Below are positions 39,801-51,203 of a stretch of 64,000 nucleotides of DNA, piece after piece; the stretch's first letter is position 1; the number at the start of each line of letters is the position of its first letter. The DNA is from a virus (taxonomy: Duplodnaviria > Caudoviricetes). The DNA lies in the IMG/VR virus record IMGVR_UViG_2873737359_000001, positions 96,001 through 160,000 of that record; one strand, 5' to 3'. Under the pieces are notes generated by a model. That model was not told where the DNA came from. It saw only the letters and a program-made list of their open reading frames with translations, and did not search any database. The position numbers were made by a program, and so were the translations under genes.

Positions 39801-42800
39801 TCTATAATTTGCGCCACTTCTCTTTGTCTATTACTTCTTCCCGATTCTTCTATTTTCCTCTTCTACCTGAAAGGACTAAATACCCATGAACAAATTTCAA
39901 CGAATTTTACAACATTATGGACAAATCAAAAATTCTACTACTGGACCGTATACAAAACCTTACGAGTTCAGAAATATGACTGATTACGAATGGTACAAAA
40001 AATGTTGTTCTGATATATCACAAAACTATGGGATACTGCTCAACCAAAATCAATCATATTTAAGCTATTGGTTTCATAGGAAAAAGGCAGATGTAAAATT
40101 GTTATTGTCTATTGTTGTTTCCTCCATTTAGAAAGGTGGCGATCCATTATGCAGACAAACCACAAGGTTCTTTCTACTGTTATAGATATTACACAGTTAC
40201 TTTGCAAAAATTCTTGTACATATGATGAAGCGTATAAAATATTAAATATGGTTACTGCCGAATTTAAACAGCAGCAAGAAAATTTAGAATACGCAACATA
40301 CGATGACTATTTTGCAGGTACAAAAACTGATGATGTAAGTAATAAAGTCATTGCACCATTAAATCATGCGGGTGGTTATTGATCTTACTTACTTCCTGGT
40401 TTCCAACGATATCCGCACTTCTGACAAAGATTATGCTTTTTGCTAGATCCCCAAAATCCTGTTAAAAGTGAATATCCGGATTCTTCCGTTGTCACTGACG
40501 TTGATCCGCACTTTGGACAGCGAACGGTTTTGGACGGATCTGGAATATCGGCAGTGTTGAATTCGAAGTATTGGAAGTTGTGGTCGATACAGGTTGTAAT
40601 GAATTTGTAGGCAAGATGAGCTGTATTATTTTGTGCATACCAATTAAAACGTTCTCGAATAAGCCGAGTTATTTTAGTAGTAACAGATAGATATTTTTGC
40701 TGTCCTTCAGGGCAATTAACATTGTCAAAATTTTTAGGGTTATTAAAGCGTTGAAAATTTTCTTTATAGAATCCTTTTTGAGCTTCGTTCGATAATGAAT
40801 TATATAACTCTTTAAAATGTGTTAAATCGTATTCTACTCCATCGACCAAACAAATATTTTCTTTATGAATATTGCTCAAAGGGAAACCACAGTGTATACA
40901 AGCTGGAGCTTTATCAGAGACATTACCGCCACATTCAGGACATTTAATTAACATACCTTTATCCCTCCATTTTCTTTTAATTTTATCATACTATAGTCAT
41001 TAAGTAAAATCGGAAATCTAAAAAAAGCGATAAATTCAAAAGATACGGATACGGTGAAAAGTGTTCTTAGCGGAATGGATCTTGATACTGCTGGTAAATG
41101 GTTTGGACGTTTAAATCAGGAAAATGGAAAAACTATAATTTCTGAAGATATTTTTTCAGATATATTTTCACAATTATTTGGTGAATTAGGCGAAGACACT
41201 ATCAAAAAAGCCATTGCTAAAGGCACTGCTTCAAAAGGTTTCAAAGGTGCACTCTCTGCTGGTATTAGCGGTTTTGCTGGTGGATTAGCTGGTATTGGAG
41301 AAAGTATTGGTACTGTAGGTACAGGATTAGTATCATTTCTGGGTTCTATCTGGCCTTTATTAGCAGTTGGTGGAGGAATTTTTGCAGGTATTAAAGGATA
41401 CCAGGCATTAAACGATAAATTCACTCTTACTAAAGGAATGGCGGACAAACATTATTCTCAGTCCACACAGGAATATGCAAATAACCAGTCCGAACTGGAA
41501 TCCTTGCAGTCTCAGAGAGATACCAACCAAGAGCGTATTTACGAACTCCGGGCCAAAGAAAATCAGTCTCCTGACGAAAAAGCAGAATTGAGTCAACTTC
41601 AGGAAGAAAATAATCTTCTTGATTCTCAGGTAGCTATAAAAGAAAAGTCTGTGGACGTATCTAAGCTAAAGGCAGCCAATGATGCCAAAACGAAACTTGA
41701 GAAAAAAGGATACCAGAAGAACTATAAAAAGGAAGCTTACGATAATCAAGATAAAACTTCAATCAATGATTTAGATGAAGCTTCTGAAATGATTGATTAT
41801 TTAAATCAGCTTAAATCTGAGTACAAAGATCGTGTTCAGAAAATTGCGGATGAAGGTAGAGAACCAAGTTGGATTGAACAGAAAGGTTTGGATAGCACAA
41901 AGAAAAAGATTGACAGTTTGGAATCAGATGTTGCTGATAAGGTAACAGAAATCTCTGACACCGCTAAAAGCATGAAGAACGATGATGGATCTCTTATTGA
42001 TGAGAAATTCAAAGATACTGTTGCTTCTGCTGATGCTGTTGTACAGAAATATCTGAACTCTACAGACTCTACCACAGCCACTTCCGATAAGATGAATAAC
42101 ATCTTTGCACTCTCTCAATTCTCAGATCTGAAGGATAAACTCATTGCCGCAGGTAAATCCGGTGGTACAGATGCTATCCAGAAAATGATTGATGACACAG
42201 ACGGTCTTAAAGATGCAATGAATAATGCCGGACTCACTGCGGATGATCTCAAGGATAGTATTATGTCTATAGCAGATCCTGACGCGAAGAATCTGGAAGG
42301 CATCAAGGAGAATCTTGAGGACATATTCGGTAAGGATGGTCTTGGACAGTCTGATTTCTTCAAAGGTAAAACGGATGAAGAGCTTGAGAACTTCTGGGAT
42401 TATCTCCAGGACAACAACTATAATCCTAAGCAGATGAACTGGAATGAGGAAACCACTAAGAAAAACTTCGAGGCAGCACAGGAAGCTAAGAAGAAAACTC
42501 CAGAGGAATCTGCCACATTCGCTTCTAAATTCAAGAATGCAGCAGAAGATACTGCTACTGACATTGATACTGTAACAGATAACTTCCAATCTGACATGAA
42601 GAATATCCAGTCTGCTATGGAGTCCGTAACAAACGGTACATTCCAGAATTCTGATATGGCAGATCTGATCCAGCAGTTCCCGGAATTAAGTAATGCCAGT
42701 GGTGATTTGAAGGATAATCTTCAGGATCTTGCCATGAATAAAGGGGCTGAGGCCATTGGTAAGATCAGGGATTCTGTAAAGGATGTTACGGACCCGAAGC

Positions 42801-45800
42801 AGTTAGCACAGGCGGATAAATATGTTCAGAGTATCATGGATACGATGGACATGAGCGATTTTGATGTAAATGAGGCAGACGTTAAAGACATTGCTACAAA
42901 AAACATCAAAAAAAATGCAGATAAGTGGGTTAATAGAGATAACGCATCAAAAAAAGTATCTGAGTTAATGGAAAAATATTCTGGCAACGAAGATGCTATG
43001 AAGGCCATTGTTCAACTTTCTATGGATCCTTCTATGGCTGATGCCAGTATAGAAGAATGGGAATCTAAGATTGAAGATCAAGAAATTCAGATAAAGATTA
43101 ATGCTGATACCAAAGAATTAGATAACCTTTCTAAATCAATGACCCGTCTTCAGACAGACGCTTCTAATACTCAGACAGATATGAGTAATAAGTCTGCTTT
43201 CAACCAGAAAATAAATAAAGATGATTACGATGCTTTAATTAAAAATGGCGATGCTCAAATTAAGAACTATGACGAGCAAATCGCACATTATAAAAATTTA
43301 CAGAAAATACTAAAAGAAAACAATATTGATGCAGAGAGCACTGAGCAATGGAAACAATGGCAGGATAATATTGATGCAGCACAGCAGTCTATAGAGAATA
43401 TGAAGGCTTCTCAGGCTGAATGGGGCGATGCGATTAAGAATCTTCCTATTACAGATATAACAAATCTGTCAAGTGCTATCACTACTGCTATGAGCGAAAT
43501 GCAGAGTGATACCGGATTAACCACAGATAGTGTAAAAAATCTGGCTACACAGTTTAGTGATCTCGGTGATATTAACATTGATAGCTTATATACTAGAACT
43601 GCAAAAGGTTTACAGCTTAATACCGATCGTCTCCAGGATTATATGGAGCAACAGAATGATTTTGTCAATTCTGATTTTGAGAACAAAGTTAAGGAGCAAA
43701 AGCAGATTGTTGAGGATGCTTTTAAAGCATATCAGAATGGGGATCAATCACTCGCAAATTATACTGCAGAGCAGAATGCTCTCGATGAATTATTAAATCG
43801 TAGAAATCAATATTTCGCACGGTATCAAGAGGCTCAGGAGCAATTTACTGATTTCCAGAAGATGATCAATGCCGAAAACGCAGCTAATGCTGGCGACGAA
43901 TATACCACAGCTAAATCAAAACTCGATGAATTAAAAGAGTTATATGACAACAATCTTATTGGAACTGAAAAGTTTAAAAAAGGTGCTGCTTATTTCTCAC
44001 AAAACGGATTTGAAGATCCAGAAAACTTCATTGAAAATTATAATCATCTCAAAAAGTATTACACCGATGATTCTTCCGGTCCACAGAAATTCTTAGAGGA
44101 TTTAAATAAGAAAGGTCTCGCTACATATGAGACTCTTGCAAATGGTCAAAAGCAATGGGCTTATTCATTTAATGATGTCAAAGACGCTGCTGATCAGATG
44201 GGAATGAGATATGAATCATTCCAGTCTATATTAGGAAGACTTTCTGATTATGGTTTTGTGAATAATCTTGTTACTTCTACTCAGGATGGAGAACAACAAA
44301 TTGACGAGCTGACAGATGACCTTATTACAGAGAAAAATAAGCTGTCAAAACTGAAAGCAAATGGAGCCACAGATCAGGCTATTCAGGATCAGGAAAATGT
44401 TGTTGATCAACTTGAATCTAAAATTAGTGGTGTAAATCAGGCAGTAACAGATTATGCTAATGGTGAAACAGACAGAAAAGTTCAGGATTTAAAAGAAGCA
44501 AAGCAGATTATCAAGGATTCAAAAGAAGCCTATGATGAGGCAATGAAATCTGGCGATACGGATCTCGCTCAGAAACTTCGTAAAAATATCCAGGATACTG
44601 CTAAAGATAATAACATAGAGTTGACTCCGGAACTAAATATTGATGAGAAAGCTCTTGATAAGCAAATTGACAACTTACAAAGTGAAGCTCGCGAAAAGAG
44701 TGTACAGAAATATAAGGATATCCAGGATCAGCTCCATAATGGACAAACAGAATGGACAGATTCTGAAGATTTCAATGCAGCGGATGCTATTACCAAATTA
44801 GAACAGGCTCAATCAGAAAACGCAGAAGGATTTAATAATCTTGTATCTAATATGAAGAAATATAATCTTTCTGACTTGGAATCTATGATTTTTGATAATG
44901 GTGCATATGAATCTGAAGATCAAGGTCTTCGCGATATGGAAGATCAGATTCAGGGCTTTGCTGAATCTATAGGACTTACTACCGATCAAGCTAATATGCT
45001 CGTTCCTATTCTTGAGGCAATGGGTACTTTAGATATATCTCCTAAAGTTGATAATTCAGAGCTTGAAAAGACCGTGACAGATACTCAGACTGCAGAGCAG
45101 ACTCTTGAAGAAACAACAGGAAAACAATATAATTTTGATTTTAACACAACAGACCTGGATACTATTCAGAAACAGGTTGATCAAGTTAAAAAGGATATCG
45201 AGGACACTTATCTTAAGCGAGATGAGAACGGCAATGTCATTAGAGACGAAAACGGTATCCCTACTTATGATTATAGTGCTCCTGGTGCAAAAGAAACAGC
45301 TCAGATTTATGATGCTTCTATTAAACAACAGCAACAGGCAGAATATCAAACCTCAGCTTTAGGCCAATCAACATCTTCTGATGAAGTAGTAAAAGCCGCC
45401 CAAGATTATATGACAGCTAAGAATGCAATGGATGTGGAAACACAGAAATATAATCTTGGTATGGAGAACAAGTTACGAGAAGCAACGGATAATGCTACCA
45501 ATGCTATGAATGCATATGCTGAAGTTGCAGATAAAAATGGCAATCCATTAGAAACTGACTTAAAAAATATTGATCCACAAAAACTTGAAGATCAATTGTT
45601 AGGAGTAACTGATAAGGATCTTAAAGTAAAAGTCGAAGCAGATACATCCGATGCAGAAAATGATATTCAAAGTCTTGAAAATCTCGAAGGAAGTTCTATT
45701 ACTATCAATGCAGACGTTTCTACAAATGGTGGTGTTGAAGAATTACAAGATTCTCTTGCTTCTATTCCTCAAGGAGTATCTACTACTGTGACATGTGATG

Positions 45801-48800
45801 TAGAAGGCGAGTCTGATGTAGATAATTTGGAGTCTTCTATGGAGTCTATCCCGGATAATACTCCTGTTACAATCGATTGTCACGTTGAAAATCAAGATCA
45901 ACTTGATCAGATTAACCAAAAGGCAGACGAACTTAATGCCAATGGAAAACAAATAAAAATCAACGCTACTGTTGGAGAAGTAAAAACTGATGGAGCAACT
46001 TCTAATACGCCTATAAATGTAAAAGGCAATGTCACAGAAGTTTCAGGAAACCCCTCTGGCACTGTAGATATAAAAGGCAACGTCACTAAAATCTCAGGAA
46101 ACCCTTCAGGTACAGTCGACGTCAAGGGTAATGTTACATCTGTTACAGGTAATCCATCAGGAACAGTAAATGTCAAGGGAAACATCACAGGTATAACAAA
46201 CGAAGATGCAGTAAAAGGTAAGGCTAATTATACAGTAGGACATTCACCAAAGAAAGTTCCTGATGCAAGCGGAAAAGCTAATTTTGGCCTTGGAAAACAT
46301 CCCGAAAAAGCCCCTGATATTTGGGGTACAGCTCATTATACTGGGGATTTCCCAACATCAGCTCCCACCCTTTCTGGTACTGTAGTATATCACGCACAAA
46401 TTCTAGGAGCACCTTCTGGCGCAAAATCAGTTGCAACAGGTACAATGCTCTCTCCTGCTCATGCTTCAGGTACGGCTTATAATGTTTTAAATATGAAGCG
46501 ACTCTCTCCTGCTCATGCCGGAGGAAATGTTGCTATCAAACATAATGAACAAGCTCTTGTAAATGAAGTAGGTACAGAATCTATTGTTCGTAATGGTGTA
46601 TGGTCACTTCTTCCAGGCGGAGCACATCTTGAGAATTTAAAACAGGGAGACATTGTATTCTCTGCTTCTCAGACAAAAGATCTTCTTGAACATGGACGTA
46701 CAGCTGGACATGCACGTGCTTATGCAGAAGGCACTGCTTCTCTCACACATGCTTATGCTCGTTCTTCTGCTGCTAATGGCGGTGGAGCTTTTGGCGGAGT
46801 TAGAACAAGAACTACCACTTCAAACCAGTCATCTAGTTCTAATAATTCAAATAATAATAATGCACTTCAAACAATCGCAGATAATACAGATTCAATTGCG
46901 GGAAGTTCACAGCAAACAGCAGACAACACTTCGAATTGGGAAGATCCATGGAAGAATGCAGTAGACTGGTTCGAACGGTATAGCACCAGAATAGATAATA
47001 AGTTGGATCTAAATAGTGCTATTTCTGATAATTATCAAGGAAATAAATCTAATAAGAAAAATCCATTTAGTATTGCTACAAAAAATAGCACTTTAGATTA
47101 TTCTATTGATACAATCAAAAAAGAAATTCCAAATTATCAAAAACAACGGGATTATTATGCTTGGCAAGCTGAGGCTTATGGAGATAAAATTGGTCTTTCT
47201 CAGGATCTACGTAAATTAGTTCAGGAAGGTAAAATCCAGGATATCGAAATTTACGATGAAGATACAAAATCTAAAATTGAAGCATATCAGACATGGTACG
47301 ATAAAGTTCATAGTGTTGAATCTTCTATTGAGGATCTAAAATCTAAAGAAGCGGATCTTTGGAACCAAAAATTCAGTAATATTACTGACCGTTATGATGC
47401 ATTAAAAGGTATTTACTCAGGAAAGAATGATATTCTTAGTGCAACAAATGATTATCGAAAAGAAACAGGACAATCTGAATCTTATAAATCGGTATACGCA
47501 AATAATATTAGAGCGCAAAGAACAAATCAAATCAAGCAGAATGCTATTACTGCTGAGGAAATCAAAAAATATCAGGCAGAGTTAAGAAGTCTTGGAAAAG
47601 AATATGGCACTCAGTCTACTATTTATAAGGAAGCGCAGTCTACTCTTCTTGATCTAAATAAGGAATATCAAGAAGGGAAAACAGCTGTAAGAAATTTCAC
47701 AAACCAGCTTAATGAGTTAAAATTAAAAGATCTTCAAAATGTAATTGATAGATATGATAACGCTTCTGATAAACAATCTTCTTATCGCGACTGGAAAGAT
47801 GCTACACATTTCAAAGGAACATCCGGTGTTACACAGAATGATTTACTAGAGGGCATTAAAACTAATGACAAACTTATTGATGCCATATCTGCTAGAAGGG
47901 ATGAGGTTCAGCGTCAAATGCTTGGACTTTCCACGAGTTCTGATGATTATCGAACATTGGCAGACGAGCTTGCACAATTAGACGAAAGGACTGCAAACAT
48001 TGCTAAAAACAATGCAGAATTACGTCAGCAAGCAACTCAGTTACGTACAGACCAATATGATAAAGCAATAGACAAACTTGAGCGTATCACAACTGACTGT
48101 GAAAATATTCAGAGTATGATGGATTCAGACACATTTTTATCTGATGACGGATCTCTTACTACAAATGGTCTTACTAATATTGCTTTAGAAAATCAGTCTA
48201 TACAGACTAATCAGAAAAAAATTGCCACATTAAAGCAGGAATTAGCAGAAGTTCAACAAATGTATGACAATCATTGGATGACCGAGGAACAATTCTTATC
48301 TCAGAGCCAACAGATTATTTCTGATATTAATTCTGCGGCGAAAGATATTTCTTCAAGCCAACAAAATTTAATCGATACATATATTAATCAGATTACAAAA
48401 GAGAACGAATATTTACAAGACAATATCTCTAAACGTAAAGAAGCTCTTGAGGCCAAAAAGGATTATTATGATTATGATAAGACTATTAAGAATAAGACAA
48501 AAGATATCAATGTAATCAAAGCACAGATTGCTGCTCTTGAGGGAACAACAAACGCCGTTGCGAAGGCAAAATTAGAGCAACTTAAAGCAGACCTTGTAGA
48601 TAAGCAAGAAGATCTCGAAGATACCAAGTATGACCATAAGATTGATATGGAATCTAAAGGCTATGATAATCTTGCAGATCAGGCAGATAAGGCTTTGGAT
48701 TCTACTACACAGGCAGTTAAAACCAATGCCGATATGCAAAAATCTGTTATCGATAATATGCTTAAGGAAGTACAAGGCAATTACAAGGATGTATATGATA

Positions 48801-50098
48801 ATATTACAAACATTGTAAAAGATTCTGGTGCTCAAATATCTAAAGAATTTGATAGCATTCTTAAAAATATTGGAAACGGCAAAGGTAATTTTACTGTTAC
48901 TGTTACAAGTAAAGCTAAATCTTCTGTAGGGAAAACAAAAATTTCTAATGCTCCTGGAGTTACTGGACGAGGAAAGACTTCCGGAGATAAGAAAGTAAGA
49001 CGAACTGCTAAAGACGGAAGCTCTGCAAATAACGCTGCCGATGAAAATGGTACAGATCGACAGGCAACACAAGCTGTTACTGCTACTCCGAAATCTATAT
49101 CTATAGGTGTTGGAAATAGCGCGACTGTGAAAATTGGATTTAAGCCGACAAATGCTACCTATAAAGATTTTACATACGAAGTTTCAAAAAAAGGAATTGT
49201 TTCAATTTCTAAAGGTAAATCTTCTATTACTGTAAAAGGCACGGCGGTTGGCAGTGTAAAAATTACTATCAAAGGTCATGGCGCAGGATGTAAATCTACG
49301 ACTGTTTCTGTAAAAGTCTTAAAAGATGGAGCCAAACATACAACAATTGCAAAAAACGTAGCAAAATCTATGAGAACATCATTAGACACCAATGATGTTA
49401 CTAAGATTCTAAATGCTACAAGCGGTAAAAAAACGGTAAAAGAAGTTGAATCATACGTAAAACAATATGTTATTCAAAATAAAAATAATAATGTAACAAA
49501 AACTGCATTATCTAAGTGGTTTAAAGCTCTTCCAGCTTTTAAAGGTGATGTTTCAAAAGTTACTGGTATCGTTACAAAGCATTTAGCCCAAAAAGGCAAA
49601 AAAGCTACCGTTGCTGATATTCAAAAGGCTGCATCTATTCTTGGATATAAGGATTATAAAAATGTGGCCAAATGGAGTACTACTCAGAAAAACGCACTCG
49701 TATCTAAATTAAAAGGATATGGATTTGCTAATGGTGGAATCATTCGTAATCTGATTCCTGCTAATATGAGTACATTATTTGGTGATGCTATTATGAAAAA
49801 TGGCGATACAGGTCTTATATCTGCTCGACAGGGAGAAACTGTATTAACAGAGAAGTTCACAAATATGCTCGAACCAACTGTGACTGCTATGAACGCATTT
49901 ACAGATATGTACCAGAAAATGAGCGCTCCTAATGTAAGTAGTGTTCCAACTCAGCAACAAAATATATTCCAGCCAGAGTATAATATTAATATTACTGGAA
50001 TGGATCTAAGCAAGGCTACTGAACTGAAAAAGGTTATTCGAGGGGAACTCAATAATCATGATAAAGCACTTGCAAAAGAATTTAAAAAGTTCAGTTAA
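33861..50098 (+). CDS. Tape measure protein, spliced (exons 33861-38639 and 40997-50098; 4626 aa)
   Basis: TP901-type tape-measure core in exon 1 ([24 protein letters not shown]); exon 2 frame opens right after TAG 40994-40996; join reads ...ANAVG|SLSKIGNL... Confidence 0.85.
39125..39325 (-). CDS. Intron-borne small membrane protein (66 aa)
   Basis: SD AGGAGGTG; TM segment [23 protein letters not shown]. Confidence 0.75.
   Translation of the reverse strand: MDNNSKRIKLVGSIIILAIISILILAAIWMILKHNPEALSFYIKVSINEISANFNCDFASVASGGK
39558..39597 (+). terminator. Terminator-like hairpin inside the tape-measure intron
   Basis: AATAGAGCAGGA/TCCTGCTCTATT then CTATTTTT. Confidence 0.55.
39625..39807 (+). 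CDS. Intron-borne hypothetical protein (60 aa)
   Basis: SD AAAGGAG. Confidence 0.5.
   Translation: MKKLYKSNLKFNLNILCKIIKFELKIITKHKRLAEKWFEKITTLECESIFEKMDERKKYL
39886..40131 (+). CDS. Intron-borne hypothetical protein (81 aa)
   Basis: SD GAAAGGA. Confidence 0.55.
   Translation: MNKFQRILQHYGQIKNSTTGPYTKPYEFRNMTDYEWYKKCCSDISQNYGILLNQNQSYLSYWFHRKKADVKLLLSIVVSSI
40149..40382 (+). CDS. Intron-borne hypothetical protein (77 aa)
   Basis: SD AAAGGTG; converges on the Zn-ribbon gene. Confidence 0.6.
   Translation: MQTNHKVLSTVIDITQLLCKNSCTYDEAYKILNMVTAEFKQQQENLEYATYDDYFAGTKTDDVSNKVIAPLNHAGGY
40385..40954 (-). CDS. Intron-borne Zn-ribbon protein (189 aa)
   Basis: N-terminal CPECG...CIHCG and C-terminal CPKCGS...CQKCG; SD GGAGG. 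Confidence 0.85.
   Translation of the reverse strand: MLIKCPECGGNVSDKAPACIHCGFPLSNIHKENICLVDGVEYDLTHFKELYNSLSNEAQKGFYKENFQRFNNPKNFDNVNCPEGQQKYLSVTTKITRLIRERFNWYAQNNTAHLAYKFITTCIDHNFQYFEFNTADIPDPSKTVRCPKCGSTSVTTEESGYSLLTGFWGSSKKHNLCQKCGYRWKPGSK
46012..46190 (+). repeat. 51-bp (17-aa) tandem repeats in the tape measure
   Basis: (V/I)x(V/I)KGNVTxxxGNPSGT, about 3.5 copies. Confidence 0.8.
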
Positions 50099-50104
50099 TT
50101 ATTC

Positions 50105-50140
50105 GATGCACAATGGGGTCAAATCTATTGTGCATCATTT
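50105..50140 (+). terminator. Terminator-like hairpin with GGGTCAAATC apex
   Basis: GATGCACAAT/ATTGTGCATC then ATTT. Confidence 0.55.
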
Positions 50141-50180
50141 ATATATGATTTAAATGCAATTCGAAAAGAGAGGTGAGAAA

Positions 50181-51203
50181 ATGTTAGAATTTGAATTCAA
50201 TGGGCACAAATCAAGTGAATTTGGTGTAATTATTTCAGAAATACAAGAAAATGACACTATGTTATCAAGAAATATTATTTTGGGACAAAAAAATAAATAT
50301 CATGATTGTGAAAATAATTTTGGTACGACTTATGATAGCAATTACTCTTTTAATATCAAATTATTAAAGAATCCTTGTAAAATATTGCATGCTGATATTT
50401 CAAAGCAAATTACAAATGTTATAAACGGGGAAGCTTCCGTCGAACAAGGTTTATTAATTTTTGATCATGGAAATCTTTTGCCAAATATTTCTATTGAAAA
50501 AAATAATGCAAATACAGATGAACGATATTTGGATTTTCCAGATGAATATTATAAAGACCTTGATCATAATATTTTTAGTTTAGATGGCACAGATTATTTT
50601 ACATCAAATGATGTTCGTAAAATCAATGCATGGCTCACTTCCCCACAATTTCCTAGATTGTTTAGATTTTTGCAAAATGGATATTTTAAAGAAGATATTG
50701 AATACTTTGTAACGGTAACATCTATTGAGACAGAAAATATTGGGAAGCCCTACTCTCTCTCTTTTACGATCACATGTGATAGTCCATATGGATACACACC
50801 AGAAATCGTAAAAGAATTTAATATAAGTGTTATTGATCGTGATTCCGTAGAATCTTTTTTCAATAATACGGATTGTAGAGAAGAATATATATATCCGCTT
50901 ATATATATTAATCCATATGATGATGGAAAACTTATTATAAAAAATAGATCTGACCAAAATAAAACATTAACTATATCAAATTTGAAAAAGAACAACTCAT
51001 TTTATATAGACTGTAGTAAATACAAAATATATAAGAAACAAGAAAATGGAGAAAAAATACCAATCCCATTTAGTCAATTTAGTCTTACACCAAATATGTA
51101 TTGGCCTAGATTGGTTTTTGGACGTAATATTTTTAATTTTGATGGAACCGCAATTATTAAAATAATATATCGTGAACCTCGAAAGGCTGGTGTTTTCGCA
51201 TGA
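50181..51203 (+). CDS. Distal tail protein (Dit)
   Basis: FEFNGHKSSEFG, AWLTSP, FTITCDSPYGY, RLVFGRN; follows the tape measure. Confidence 0.8.
   Translation: MLEFEFNGHKSSEFGVIISEIQENDTMLSRNIILGQKNKYHDCENNFGTTYDSNYSFNIKLLKNPCKILHADISKQITNVINGEASVEQGLLIFDHGNLLPNISIEKNNANTDERYLDFPDEYYKDLDHNIFSLDGTDYFTSNDVRKINAWLTSPQFPRLFRFLQNGYFKEDIEYFVTVTSIETENIGKPYSLSFTITCDSPYGYTPEIVKEFNISVIDRDSVESFFNNTDCREEYIYPLIYINPYDDGKLIIKNRSDQNKTLTISNLKKNNSFYIDCSKYKIYKKQENGEKIPIPFSQFSLTPNMYWPRLVFGRNIFNFDGTAIIKIIYREPRKAGVFA

Larger units (their letters stand above)
38640..40996 (+). mobile_element. Group I-like intron with accessory-gene cargo
   Basis: IGS TAATGA-GCCTAT 38679-38690; P7 G(A)GCGCA 38910-38916 / TGTGCC 38968-38973; P8; P9.0 TATAGTA/TACTATA; omega-G 40996. 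Confidence 0.85.

Noticed and set aside
41054-41056. GTG start for an independent second tape-measure gene
   Set aside because: No SD; the frame opens at 40997, immediately after omega-G
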